Of a stretch of DNA of 64,000 nt, positions 19,990 through 30,040 are shown one piece after another; position 1 is the stretch's first letter; every line of letters begins with the position of its first letter. The stretch lies in NCBI GenBank assembly GCA_964559845.1, contig CAZLJF010000002.1, positions 1,544 to 65,543 of the forward strand, in the 5' to 3' direction. The DNA is from an uncultured Zetaproteobacteria bacterium. GTDB lineage: Bacteria > Pseudomonadota > Zetaproteobacteria > Mariprofundales > Mariprofundaceae. The notes beneath the pieces are model-generated. The model had not been told where the DNA came from. It searched no databases and saw nothing but the letters and a program-made list of their open reading frames with translations. Position numbers and translations under genes: made by a program.

Positions 19990-21141
19990 ATGAGTGCCAA
20001 TGAACCGCAAAGACTGACCATCAAGCAGTTGTTGATGATCATGGTGAAAAAAGATGCATCGGATATCTATATCACCACCGGCATGCCGCCCGCCTACCGT
20101 ATTAATGGCGTGGTCATGCCACTTAAACAGCAACCGCTGAATTCGGTACAGTGTGAACAGCTGGCCAACTCATGCATGAGTGAAAAGCAGCGTGCGGCCT
20201 TTGCCACCGACTATGAGATGAACCTTTCGCTCGCCTATCCGGATCTCGGTCGGTTCCGTGTCAACATCTTCCGCCAGATGGGCAATGTCGGCCTGGTGAT
20301 CCGGCAAATTAAAACAGAAGTGCCTACTATTGAAAAACTTGGACTGCCCGAAATCTTCAGGGATCTTGCCATGACAAAACGGGGACTGGTCATCATGGTG
20401 GGTGCAACCGGCTGCGGCAAATCCACTTCACTGGCTGCCATGATCGATCACAGAAACCGTACACAGGCAGGCCATATTATCACCATTGAAGATCCTGTTG
20501 AATTTGTCCATGAGCATAAAAAATGTGTCATTACCCAGCGCGAGGTTGGTACGGACACGCATGAGTACAAAGCGGCACTGAAAAACACGCTGCGGCAGGC
20601 TCCGGATGTGATCCTGGTTGGTGAAATCAGGGACAGGGAAACGATGGAGCATGCGCTTGAGTTTGCCGAGACGGGCCACCTCTGCATGGCAACACTACAT
20701 GCCAACAATGCCAACCAGGCCCTTGAACGTGTTCTGAACTTTTTCCCGGAAGAGATTCATCCTCAAATTCGACTGAATCTGGCGCTTAACCTGAAAGGGA
20801 TTCTTTCCCAGCGTCTGGTTAAAACACTTGATGGTGACCGCATGCCAGCCATTGAGATCCTGATCAATACCCCGAGAATCTCCGATCTGATCGGCAAATG
20901 GGAAATTAGCGAGATCAAAGAATCCATGGCAGATGGCAAAAACTATGGCATGCAGACCTTTGACCAGCACCTTCTCGAACTCTGGAAACAGGGCTATATC
21001 GCTGAAGATGAAGCACTCAGACATGCCGACTCCGTCAATGACCTGCGCCTGAAGATGAAGATGGCCAAACTGGAAGGCAGTGAAAGTGGCGGAGGCATTG
21101 ATGAGCTGGCTGCCAATTCAATCTCGGATCTGAAAATCTGA
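19990..21141 (+). CDS. pilU: PilT-family ATPase, PilU-like
   Basis: GATGCGKST, TIEDPVEF, VGEIRDRETM and TGHLCMATLH. It lacks AIRNLIRE (PRISDLIGKWE instead) and lies immediately downstream of pilT, as pilU does in the usual pilTU arrangement. Confidence 0.75.
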   Translation: MSANEPQRLTIKQLLMIMVKKDASDIYITTGMPPAYRINGVVMPLKQQPLNSVQCEQLANSCMSEKQRAAFATDYEMNLSLAYPDLGRFRVNIFRQMGNVGLVIRQIKTEVPTIEKLGLPEIFRDLAMTKRGLVIMVGATGCGKSTSLAAMIDHRNRTQAGHIITIEDPVEFVHEHKKCVITQREVGTDTHEYKAALKNTLRQAPDVILVGEIRDRETMEHALEFAETGHLCMATLHANNANQALERVLNFFPEEIHPQIRLNLALNLKGILSQRLVKTLDGDRMPAIEILINTPRISDLIGKWEISEIKESMADGKNYGMQTFDQHLLELWKQGYIAEDEALRHADSVNDLRLKMKMAKLEGSESGGGIDELAANSISDLKI

Positions 21142-22232
21142 TGGCTGAGTGGCATCTGATCGACGACCTGCTGCTGGCAGCGCATAAGCACAACGCCTCC
21201 GACCTGGTTATTCGGACGGGTGACCGCGTACGTATGCGAATCCATGGTTCCATTGTTACCATTGCTCCGGACAAGGTTTCTCCACCAAGCCGTGAACAGG
21301 TCATCGGGATGGTTCAACACCTTCTCAGAGACGTACCGGGTGACAGGGATATTGAAGCGATCAAAAGCATGGATTTTCACTATTCACTCGAAAATGTTGC
21401 CCATTTTCGAGTGCATGTGATGCGAACCAACAATAATTTCGGCATCGTTTCCCGCATTATTCCGCAAAAAATCCCGGGGTTTGATGAGCTGCACCTGCCT
21501 CCGGTTATTCGTGAGATCAGCAACCATCGCAGTGGCCTGATTCTGATGGCAGGCGCGACCGGATCCGGTAAAAGTACCACGCTGGCTGCCATTCTGAACT
21601 ACATCATTGAACATCGCCCCGTACATGTGGTCACACTGGAAGATCCGATTGAGTACCGCTACAGCACAACCCGGAAGGGCACCGTCTGTCAGCGCGAACT
21701 GGGCCTTGATGTGATGACCTATGCGCAGGGACTCAATGATGCCATGCGTGAAGCACCGGACATCATTGTTGCCGGCGAAATACGGGATCGTGAAACCATT
21801 CAGCTGGCCCTGCAATCTTCGGAGACCGGTCATCTGGTGATGGCAACCGTACACGCTACAACCGCCATCGGCACCATGCAGCGCATTATGTCTGCCTTTA
21901 ATCTGAATGAACAGGATGCCATTCGCGAACGTCTCTCCGAGAATCTACGCGCCATTATTGTTCAAAAACTGTTGCCAAAAAAGAATGGCAAAGGTCGCAT
22001 CGTCGTTCTTGAAGTGATGATTCGCAATTCAGTCATCAAACATTTCATTCTTGATCCGGATCGCTGGCGTGAAATTCCCAAGGCGATGGAAGAGGGCGCG
22101 TTGCTGTATGGAAGCCAGTCATTTGACCAGCATCTGCAACAGCTCGTGGAATCAGACCAGATCGAGTATGAGGAGGCGCTTGCCAATGCCTCCTACCCTG
22201 AGGATTTTGCCATGCGCATGGGACGCAACTAG
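21141..22232 (+). CDS. Third PilT-family hexameric ATPase paralog
   Basis: GATGSGKST, TLEDPIEY, AGEIRDRETI and TGHLVMATVHA, so all catalytic boxes are intact. The ATG shares one nt with the pilU TGA (tgatg). Confidence 0.8.
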   Translation: MAEWHLIDDLLLAAHKHNASDLVIRTGDRVRMRIHGSIVTIAPDKVSPPSREQVIGMVQHLLRDVPGDRDIEAIKSMDFHYSLENVAHFRVHVMRTNNNFGIVSRIIPQKIPGFDELHLPPVIREISNHRSGLILMAGATGSGKSTTLAAILNYIIEHRPVHVVTLEDPIEYRYSTTRKGTVCQRELGLDVMTYAQGLNDAMREAPDIIVAGEIRDRETIQLALQSSETGHLVMATVHATTAIGTMQRIMSAFNLNEQDAIRERLSENLRAIIVQKLLPKKNGKGRIVVLEVMIRNSVIKHFILDPDRWREIPKAMEEGALLYGSQSFDQHLQQLVESDQIEYEEALANASYPEDFAMRMGRN

Positions 22233-22347
22233 GCCCTGTAATACTAATTCTGACTGAATCGCCTCATTTGGCGCGCAGCCCTGCGGAATGTCCCGTTTTT
22301 GTGACCCTGCAAGGTATTGTGAACACCAGAGGAAAATCGAAAGGATT

Positions 22348-22968
22348 TCAACGCAGTGCGTGAAGCGCATCCTTGATCGCGCCGATACCAGCCCTGATAT
22401 CTGCCTTGCCGGAGCCATCCGATGACTTCAACAGCTTCATGCTCCCGCCAAAGAGAACAGAGGCGCGACATCGTTTGAGAAGGCCTTTCCAGATATTCAC
22501 ATGATCGAATGGCCAGACACCGGTAATACGAAACGGTAGCAGCGGCGCGCCTGTCTCCAGCGACAGCATGGCAGCGCCCGGAAGAATACGCTTGAGTGGA
22601 ATATCGGGATTGGCAGCACCTTCCGGGAAGATACAGAGCACACCTCCCCCCTCAAGCACTTCGATAGCCTCACGCAGGGCATGGCGATTTGCACCGCCCG
22701 GATTGACAGGAATTGCGCCCACCGCTCTAAAGAACCATTTCATGCCGAGCATACCGTGGTAATATTCGCGGGCCATCAGAAAACACAAAGGGCGGTTTAC
22801 CGATGCCTGCACCAGCAGTGGATCAAGGCCACTGCGGTGGTTGCCAATCAAGATAAGCGGCCCATCCGGCAATATGACAGCTTTGGATTCAAGCCTGTGC
22901 CAGTGATGGCAAAACAGCCTGTTCAGCCAGCGAAGAAAACGGTTCGGTCCCGGTTGATGTCCCGCCAT
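22348..22968 (-). CDS. Lysophospholipid/1-acyl-sn-glycerol-3-phosphate acyltransferase family protein (PlsC-like)
   Basis: HX4D motif NHRSGLD and FPEG motif (IFPEGAANP). Start set at ATG 22968, a 1-nt overlap with the pabB stop. Confidence 0.7.
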   Translation of the reverse strand: MAGHQPGPNRFLRWLNRLFCHHWHRLESKAVILPDGPLILIGNHRSGLDPLLVQASVNRPLCFLMAREYYHGMLGMKWFFRAVGAIPVNPGGANRHALREAIEVLEGGGVLCIFPEGAANPDIPLKRILPGAAMLSLETGAPLLPFRITGVWPFDHVNIWKGLLKRCRASVLFGGSMKLLKSSDGSGKADIRAGIGAIKDALHALR

Positions 22969-24305
22969 CAGGTGCTTAAAGCCCGCAACAGCCCTGCGGC
23001 CTTGTAACCGGCCTCTTTCAATTCGGCATCGGGGTCGGAATCCGCAACAATACCTGCACCCGCCGCCCAATAGAGCTCTTTCCGGTAATGCCAGAAGGTG
23101 CGGATCAGGATATTCATATCAGCCGAGCCATCCCAGCCTACATAACCAATACCGCCGGTATAGGGGCCGCGTGCCTGCTGCTCCATTTCGTGGATAATCT
23201 CCATGCAGTGGATCTTCGGGCAGCCGGTAATGGTCCCGCCAGGAAACATCGCATGAAACAGATCCACAACATCCATACCACCGGCCAACCGGCCACGCAC
23301 ATTGGAAACAATATGCTGAACGGTGCTGTAGCGCTCCACAACCATGCGCTCTGTGACCTCAACACTCCCCGGCCTGCAGATGCGCCCGAGGTCATTGCGT
23401 TCCAGATCCACCAGCATGATATGCTCGGCCTGCTCTTTAACAGACAGCAAAAGTTCAGCCTTCAGAGACTCATCATCACCACCCTTGCCACGCCTGCGCG
23501 TGCCGGCAATCGGTCTGGTTTCAACCACGCCATCAGAGGAGAGGGAGAAGAGCCGCTCGGGCGAGGCTGAAATGATATAAAGAGGATCCTCATCACCGCC
23601 AACCTTCACAAAACAGGAGAATGGTGCCGGATTCACCCTTCTCAGGCAGGCGTAGAGATCATACAACGCAGATGCAGGCAGTGCTGCATGCCAGAAACGG
23701 GCGATATTGGCCTGGAAAATATCCCCAGCGGCAATATACCCCTTCACCCTCTCTACACCCTTTTTGTAAGCCCCTGCATCACCGGAAATTATTTTTCGAA
23801 CATGGACGGGAGCCATATCCCTTTTCTCTGCAGATTGAGATGTAATAATGGCAACAACCTCATCCAGCTGCTTCCGGCTCACGCGGGAAGCAAAATAAAG
23901 TTTCCCTGCCTGGCGATCGATACAGATACTCCATTCAGGCTCAAACAGCCAGAATATCGGGCCGGGAAGATCGGTCTTGGGTTCGGGCAGTGATTCAATC
24001 ACCCTGCCTGCCTCATAGGCGGCATAAAACAGCTGACGAACCCCTGGAAAGGGGTGTCTGTCAGCTGACAGGCTAGCTTTCCATGCAGTGAAAAATGAAG
24101 CGGCATCGTCCAGATGCGCAAGGGAATGGCTGTCGCCATCTTTTGAAACGAGAAAGTCGCGGCCGTTGCCAGCCGGGTCTTCAAGTATGGCCGAGAAATG
24201 CCGGGGCAGTGCGGCAAACAGATCATGCGCTGACAGCGCATGCTCGGGCCAATCTAGCAGTGTGGTATAGAGTCCGCTTTCCGGATTACTTGAATTTGCG
24301 GACAA
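22968..24305 (-). CDS. pabB: Chorismate-utilising enzyme, aminodeoxychorismate synthase component I-like (PabB/TrpE family)
   Basis: ASPERLF, PIAGTRRRG, LVDLERNDLGR, FPGGTITGCPK and GPYTGGIGY. The ORF runs to 24497 but overlaps fabF by 212 nt. There is no in-frame ATG after the fabF stop, so I provisionally use TTG 24305. Confidence 0.7.
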   Translation of the reverse strand: MSANSSNPESGLYTTLLDWPEHALSAHDLFAALPRHFSAILEDPAGNGRDFLVSKDGDSHSLAHLDDAASFFTAWKASLSADRHPFPGVRQLFYAAYEAGRVIESLPEPKTDLPGPIFWLFEPEWSICIDRQAGKLYFASRVSRKQLDEVVAIITSQSAEKRDMAPVHVRKIISGDAGAYKKGVERVKGYIAAGDIFQANIARFWHAALPASALYDLYACLRRVNPAPFSCFVKVGGDEDPLYIISASPERLFSLSSDGVVETRPIAGTRRRGKGGDDESLKAELLLSVKEQAEHIMLVDLERNDLGRICRPGSVEVTERMVVERYSTVQHIVSNVRGRLAGGMDVVDLFHAMFPGGTITGCPKIHCMEIIHEMEQQARGPYTGGIGYVGWDGSADMNILIRTFWHYRKELYWAAGAGIVADSDPDAELKEAGYKAAGLLRALST

Positions 24306-25530
24306 TGACAGATGCGTTTGTACCGCCAAATCCGAATGAGTTGGAGATCGCCACATCAATATCAGCGTCACGAGCCGTGTGCGGTACATAATCCAGATCA
24401 CAGGCAGGATCGGGATTATCCAGATTGATCGTCGGTGGAACCACACCATGATGAACAGCCAGCACCGAGAATGCCGCCTCAATACCCCCGGCAGCACCCA
24501 GCAGGTGACCGGTCATCGACTTGGATGAGGAGACCATCAACTTTTTGGCATGATCACCAAAGACACCCTTGATACCCTCCGTTTCACAAACATCACCGGC
24601 AGGCGTGGATGTGCCATGGGCATTGATATAATCAACATCTTCAGGATTTAGCCTGGCCGAATCCAGCGCCGCCTTCATGCAACGTCCGCCCCCTTCACCT
24701 TCCGGTGCGGGCGATGTCATATGGTAGGCATCACCTGACATGCCATAGCCGACCACTTCAGCCAGAATTTCAGCCCCACGAGCCTGTGCAGACTCAAGCG
24801 ATTCCAGCAACAGCACACCGGCGCCCTCACCCATGACAAAGCCGTCACGGCCACTATCCCACGGACGGGATGCCTTTTCAGGTTCATCGTTGCGCGTAGA
24901 GAGTGCACGCGCGGCAGAAAAACCGCCCACGGCCAGTTCACAGATACAGGCTTCGGAACCGCCGGCAATCATGGCATCAGCATCACCCCTGGCAATGATT
25001 TCAAATGCATCACCAATGGCATGGGTGCCGGTTGCACAGGCAGTCACCGTGGCCGTATTTGGCCCCTTCGCACCGGTCAGCATGGAAACCCATCCTGAAA
25101 CCATGTTGATAATGGTCATCGGAATGAAGAATGGCGAAATCTTCCGGGCCCCGCCGGCTTCATAGGCACGCATGGTCCGTTCAATAGCCGGCATGCCACC
25201 GATACCCGAGCCGATCACGACACCAATACGTTCGGCATTGGCTTCCGTAATTTCCAGGCCGGACTGCTCCAGCGCCATATGGGCGGCAGCAATGCCGTAG
25301 TGGATAAAGGTGTCCATTTTACGGGCATCTTTTTTATTAATGAACGCGCTGACATCAAAATCAGTCACTTCACCGGCAATCCTGCAGGCCATACCGGTCG
25401 CTTCCGCATCAAACTTGGTGATGCGTCCGATACCGGACTTACCTGCAATCAGATTGTTCCAGCTTGGTTCTGTTCCGGTGCCGAGTGGAGTAACCAGCCC
25501 GACACCGGTAACAACAACGCGTCCAGTCAC
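24286..25530 (-). CDS. fabF: 3-oxoacyl-ACP synthase II
   Basis: RVVVTGVGLVTPLG, active-site ACATG, the NAHGTSTP histidine motif and C-terminal SNSFGFGGTNASV. Confidence 0.95.
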   Translation of the reverse strand: MTGRVVVTGVGLVTPLGTGTEPSWNNLIAGKSGIGRITKFDAEATGMACRIAGEVTDFDVSAFINKKDARKMDTFIHYGIAAAHMALEQSGLEITEANAERIGVVIGSGIGGMPAIERTMRAYEAGGARKISPFFIPMTIINMVSGWVSMLTGAKGPNTATVTACATGTHAIGDAFEIIARGDADAMIAGGSEACICELAVGGFSAARALSTRNDEPEKASRPWDSGRDGFVMGEGAGVLLLESLESAQARGAEILAEVVGYGMSGDAYHMTSPAPEGEGGGRCMKAALDSARLNPEDVDYINAHGTSTPAGDVCETEGIKGVFGDHAKKLMVSSSKSMTGHLLGAAGGIEAAFSVLAVHHGVVPPTINLDNPDPACDLDYVPHTARDADIDVAISNSFGFGGTNASVIVRKFK

Positions 25531-25533
25531 GGC

Positions 25534-25773
25534 TTATTCAGCCTTGGCAGCGATATAATCGATAGCGTTCTGAACGCTCTGAATCTTTTCCGCGTCATCA
25601 TCCGGAATTTCGATACCGAACTCTTCTTCGAAAGCCATTACCAGCTCAACGGTATCCAGAGAATCAGCACCCAGATCATCCACGAAGGAAGAATCGGAAT
25701 TGATTTCGCTCTCATCAACATTCAGCTGATCAGCAACGATTTTAATCACTTTAGCTTCAATTTCTGCAGACAT
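25534..25773 (-). CDS. acpP: Acyl carrier protein
   Basis: [17 protein letters not shown]...[21 protein letters not shown]. Start at ATG 25773 with a GGGAGG SD. Confidence 0.95.
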   Translation of the reverse strand: MSAEIEAKVIKIVADQLNVDESEINSDSSFVDDLGADSLDTVELVMAFEEEFGIEIPDDDAEKIQSVQNAIDYIAAKAE

Positions 25774-25871
25774 ATAGTCCTCCCATTTGAAATTAGGTGC
25801 GGCTTCTATCACAGCCGGAAGCGCTGTACAAGCCTGACACACAATCCGCCACAAAGAGTGGCAGGAATTCT

Positions 25872-26609
25872 TTACATATACATGCCACCATTGACATGCA
25901 GCACCTGCCCGGTGATATAAGCGCCGCTCTCGCCAGCCAGGAACAGTACGGCTGCAGCAATATCGTCAGGGCTTCCCAGGCGACCCAATGGAACCTGTGC
26001 AGTCAGTGCCTCTTTCGCATCATCGCCAAGTTCATCGGTCATGTCAGTGGCTATAAAACCGGGCGCAATGGCATTCACGGTAATATTACGCGAACCTACT
26101 TCCCGTGCCAGTGAACGGGTCATGGCATCAATACCACCCTTACTGGCGCAGTAGTTGATCTGCCCCGGATTACCCATAGAAGCAACCACGGATGAAATAT
26201 TTATAATTCGGCCACCCTTGGCGCGCATCATCGGCTTCAGTGCCGCCTGCGAGGCATAAAAAACCGAAGAGAGGTTGGTATCAATCACCGACTGCCACTC
26301 CTCACCCTTCATGCGCATGGCCAACCCGTCCCTGGTAATACCGGCGTTATTGACCAGCAGATCCAGACGTCCGAAATGTTTGGCCACCTCCTGCACGAAT
26401 GCCTGAACAGCTGTGCCATCGGCCACATTGACAACACGCGCCAACACCTCCACACCGTGGGCTGACAGCTTTTCCGCAGCTGCCTTCACACTCTCTTCAC
26501 GCGTGGCGCAGATCGCCAGACAGTAACCTTCTTTGGCCAGTGCATCAGCAACAGCGAACCCGATTCCCCGGCTTGCGCCTGTCACAATCGCTACTTTCAA
26601 ATCACTCAT
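25872..26609 (-). CDS. fabG: 3-oxoacyl-ACP reductase
   Basis: SDR with [13 protein letters not shown] and YCASKGG, in the fab operon position. Confidence 0.92.
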   Translation of the reverse strand: MSDLKVAIVTGASRGIGFAVADALAKEGYCLAICATREESVKAAAEKLSAHGVEVLARVVNVADGTAVQAFVQEVAKHFGRLDLLVNNAGITRDGLAMRMKGEEWQSVIDTNLSSVFYASQAALKPMMRAKGGRIINISSVVASMGNPGQINYCASKGGIDAMTRSLAREVGSRNITVNAIAPGFIATDMTDELGDDAKEALTAQVPLGRLGSPDDIAAAVLFLAGESGAYITGQVLHVNGGMYM

Positions 26610-27556
26610 ACCTTGCCTCCGACTGTCCCGATCGCCTGATCCATCAGTTCCGATGAAAAGGCTGCCGACACATGCATCTCCTTCGCTATTCTGCGAACAA
26701 GCCCGGCCAAAACCTTACCAGGTCCCATCTCAACTGCTGTTGTCACGCCTGCCGCACTCATTTTCTGCACTGTTTCTGTCCAGCGAACCGGCGAAACCAG
26801 CTGTTCGATCAGCGCATCACGAATTTCATCCGGATTCGTCAGAGCAACCGCACTTGCATTACTCCATACCGGGCAGGCAGGTGCCGTGACCGCAACAGCA
26901 GCCAGCCGTTCTTTCATTGCCTCGGCAGCAGGCTGCATCAGCGGCGTATGCGACGGTGCACTGACTGCCAATGGCAGCGCTCGCTTGGCTCCCGCCTCCT
27001 TGGCCGCCTGCATCGCCCTTTCAACCGCAGCCACATGACCGGCTATCACCAGCTGGCCTGAACAGTTGAAATTCGCAGGCCACACCCTTGCCTCATCCGA
27101 GGAGGACAATTCGCAGATTTTGGATACAGCCGCATCGTCCAGGCCGATAATCGCCGCCATTTTACCTACGCCTGCCGGTACGGCTTCGCTCATGGCACGA
27201 CCACGAAAAGCAACCAGAGAGACAGCATCCTCAAAAGTAATCGCACCGGCAGCCACCAGTGCCGAATATTCCCCCAGGCTGTGCCCGGCCATCTGGCCTG
27301 CATCGCACCCGCCACGCGCACGCCATAGACGGTGCAGTGAGATAGATGCGGTCAGCAGGGCCGGCTGGGTGAATTCGGTTCGGTCAAGCTTGCCATCGGC
27401 ATCATCCATCACCAGTGCCTTCATATCATAGCCGAGAATATCCGAAGCCTGGGCGAACGTATCCGCGACAACCGCCTCATCTGCAATCAGCTCCGCCAGC
27501 ATTCCTTTGGATTGCGATCCCTGACCGGGAAAGAAAAATGCCACATTTGAACTCAT
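26606..27556 (-). CDS. fabD: Malonyl CoA-ACP transacylase
   Basis: FPGQGSQ and the GHSLGEYSAL active site, in fab operon context. Confidence 0.92.
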   Translation of the reverse strand: MSSNVAFFFPGQGSQSKGMLAELIADEAVVADTFAQASDILGYDMKALVMDDADGKLDRTEFTQPALLTASISLHRLWRARGGCDAGQMAGHSLGEYSALVAAGAITFEDAVSLVAFRGRAMSEAVPAGVGKMAAIIGLDDAAVSKICELSSSDEARVWPANFNCSGQLVIAGHVAAVERAMQAAKEAGAKRALPLAVSAPSHTPLMQPAAEAMKERLAAVAVTAPACPVWSNASAVALTNPDEIRDALIEQLVSPVRWTETVQKMSAAGVTTAVEMGPGKVLAGLVRRIAKEMHVSAAFSSELMDQAIGTVGGKV

Positions 27557-27614
27557 ATAAATATAATTCCTTATAAATCCATGAACCAGCCAATCACAAT
27601 GACCGGCTATTTAT

Positions 27615-27766
27615 AGGAAGTGCTGATTTATTCCGCACTTCCCTGCAGGCCATTCATGGCCTGTCAAAATCAATCGCGCAAGTGATTGATTTTATGAGCA
27701 AAGCTAAAACTATGCTTTTAGCTTCGCGTGGCTGAATATTGCATCCGTACAATATTCAGCGTCTCC
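27615..27766. repeat. Highly structured intergenic element between fabH and fabD (five consecutive perfect hairpins); 5' module repeated at 53439
   Basis: Stems: 27616-23/27635-42 (ggaagtgc/gcacttcc), 27646-51/27658-63 (caggcc/ggcctg), 27666-75/27684-93 (aaaatcaatc/gattgatttt), 27702-09/27716-23 (agctaaaa/ttttagct) and 27731-41/27750-60 (gctgaatattg/caatattcagc). Confidence 0.7.
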
Positions 27767-28786
27767 TTAATCTTTCGACCAGCGAACCAGATTCGCTCCC
27801 CATGCAAAACCGCCGGCAAACGCCTCAAACAGAAGCAGTTGCCCCTTCTCCAGCCTGCCTTCACGGTAGATATGATTCAGCGCCATCGGCACACTGGCTG
27901 CAGAGGTGTTGGCATGACGATCGACTGTTACAGCCATGTGATCCTGATCTATTTTCAGTTTCTTTGCGGTGGCCTGTAAAATCCTGATATTGGCCTGATG
28001 CGGAATCAGCCAGTCGACCTCTGACTGGTCAACCCCATATTTTTCAAGCACCTCTATAACCACTTCACCCAGCTTGGTCACCGCCACGCGAAACACTTCA
28101 TTGCCCTTCATCTCGACCGCAGCCACCCCTGCCGAGTCAACATGGAGATCCGTCGGCTCTTCGCCCGGTGCCGCTCCCGGATGGGGGTGCCGGGCCATCA
28201 GCAAATGCCGGTAAGAGCCGTCGCAATGAAGGACAGAACCGACAACACCACCCCCGCCATCCTGACCATCCTCACGCGTCTCCAGCACCACCGCACCGGC
28301 ACCATCACCAAACAGCACACAGGTTGAACGATCCTGCCAGTCAAGGATTCTGCTCATCGACTCAGCACCAATCAACAGCACCCGCCTGAACATACCGCCA
28401 CGCATCATGCCATCGACCTGTGCCAGGCCGTAAACAAAACCGGAACAGACCGCCTGAATGTCCCAGGCGGGAAAATCCTTACCACCCAGCTTGTATTGAA
28501 CAATACTGGCGGTTGAGGGGAAAATCAGATCGGGTGTTGTGGTCGCAACCACAATGGCATCAATATCATCAATCGTGATTCCGGCATCTTCCAGCGCCTG
28601 TTTTGCTGCCTCGGTGGCCAGATCAGATGTCTGCTGATCCCTGGCAATAATATGGCGCTGGCGGATACCTGTTCGCTCACGAATCCACGCATCGGATGTA
28701 TCCACTATGGTGGAGAGTTCGTCGTTGCTCAGTACCCGTTCAGGCAGATAACCGCCCACACCAATAATATGGCTGGTCAATGTCAT
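27767..28786 (-). CDS. fabH: 3-oxoacyl-ACP synthase III
   Basis: IIGVGGYLPERVLSNDEL, the active-site Cys context (AVCSGFVYGL) and HQAN. In fab operon position. Confidence 0.93.
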   Translation of the reverse strand: MTLTSHIIGVGGYLPERVLSNDELSTIVDTSDAWIRERTGIRQRHIIARDQQTSDLATEAAKQALEDAGITIDDIDAIVVATTTPDLIFPSTASIVQYKLGGKDFPAWDIQAVCSGFVYGLAQVDGMMRGGMFRRVLLIGAESMSRILDWQDRSTCVLFGDGAGAVVLETREDGQDGGGGVVGSVLHCDGSYRHLLMARHPHPGAAPGEEPTDLHVDSAGVAAVEMKGNEVFRVAVTKLGEVVIEVLEKYGVDQSEVDWLIPHQANIRILQATAKKLKIDQDHMAVTVDRHANTSAASVPMALNHIYREGRLEKGQLLLFEAFAGGFAWGANLVRWSKD

Positions 28787-29820
28787 CAGAGTTCTGCCAC
28801 GCCATTCATGGTTTCGATGATATTATCAACAAGGTTGGCCTGAACTTCACGAATCGCCACATCAATGGCACAGGCGTAGGCATGGGCATCAGCCGAGCCA
28901 TGGCTCTTCACCACAATACCATTCAGGCCAAGCAGAGGAGCGCCATTGTGTTCACTCGGATGCAGCGCATCTTTCACACGCCGTAGCGCGCCGGAGGCCA
29001 GCATGGCGCCGGTTTTTGCCACAATGGATGAGGTCAGCTCACTTTTCAGCTGGGTGAGAATCAATTTGGCCACACCCTCCATGGTTTTCAGAGAGACATT
29101 ACCGACAAAGCCGTCACATACAACCACATCAACCGAATCGCCGAACAGATCCGCACCCTCAACATTACCGATAAAGTTCAGGTCTGACTCCTTCAGCCTG
29201 GATGCAGTCACCTTAATCACATCGGTCCCCTTAATATCCTCACTACCGATATTGAGCAGCCCGACTCGAGGGGACTCAACGCCCTCGGCCGCCTGCATAT
29301 AGCATGAGCCCATCACAGCAAACTGCAACAGGTGTTCGGAGGTACAATCGACATTGGCGCCGATATCGAGGAAAAAGGTCGAGCCACCGCCCACGGCAGG
29401 AACCATGGAAGCAAGCGCCGGACGGTCAATACCGTGAATCGTTTTCAGAATCAGCTTGGATATGGCCATCAGGGCGCCGGTATTGCCGGCGCTGACCAGT
29501 GCATCCCAGTGACCGTCACGTACGGCACGCGCACCGACATGAATTGATGAGTTCTTTTTGCGGCGAAGCGCAACAGCCGGAGCCTCGCACATATCGATCA
29601 CATCAGCTGCCTCGATAATCTCAACCTGCCCGGCAATACCGCCAGCTTCAAGCGCGGGCAGAACTGTTTCAGGCTGGCCGACAACGCCCAGTACCAGGCT
29701 GCTGTCGCCTCTCTTCAGAACCTGAGCCAACGCATCAACAACAATGCCAGGAGCACCATCGCCCCCGTGTCCATCCACTAAAATGCGAATGGCGGGGCCA
29801 TCCTGCAAGGTAGAAGGCAT
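28786..29820 (-). CDS. plsX: Phosphate acyltransferase PlsX
   Basis: IRILVDGHGGDGAP and VVKSHGSADA. Start set at ATG 29820, a 1-nt overlap with the rpmF stop. Confidence 0.9.
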   Translation of the reverse strand: MPSTLQDGPAIRILVDGHGGDGAPGIVVDALAQVLKRGDSSLVLGVVGQPETVLPALEAGGIAGQVEIIEAADVIDMCEAPAVALRRKKNSSIHVGARAVRDGHWDALVSAGNTGALMAISKLILKTIHGIDRPALASMVPAVGGGSTFFLDIGANVDCTSEHLLQFAVMGSCYMQAAEGVESPRVGLLNIGSEDIKGTDVIKVTASRLKESDLNFIGNVEGADLFGDSVDVVVCDGFVGNVSLKTMEGVAKLILTQLKSELTSSIVAKTGAMLASGALRRVKDALHPSEHNGAPLLGLNGIVVKSHGSADAHAYACAIDVAIREVQANLVDNIIETMNGVAEL

Positions 29821-30002
29821 CAGACTTCGTCTTTCGCTACAACCTCGCGGCCTTTGTAGTGGCCACAACTCTGGCATGCGTGATGCGGGCGCATCATTTC
29901 ACCGCATTCAGGGCACTCGCTCATGCCTGACACGGTAATCCGATCATGAGCCCTGCGCATATTGCGCTTGGACTGACTGGTTTTTCTCTTTGGAACTGCC
30001 AT
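29820..30002 (-). CDS. rpmF: 50S ribosomal protein L32
   Basis: [19 protein letters not shown]... with a CxxC...CxxC zinc ribbon. Confidence 0.95.
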   Translation of the reverse strand: MAVPKRKTSQSKRNMRRAHDRITVSGMSECPECGEMMRPHHACQSCGHYKGREVVAKDEV

Positions 30003-30040
30003 CTTTTCAATACTCCTATCATCAAAACTGATGAATACCT

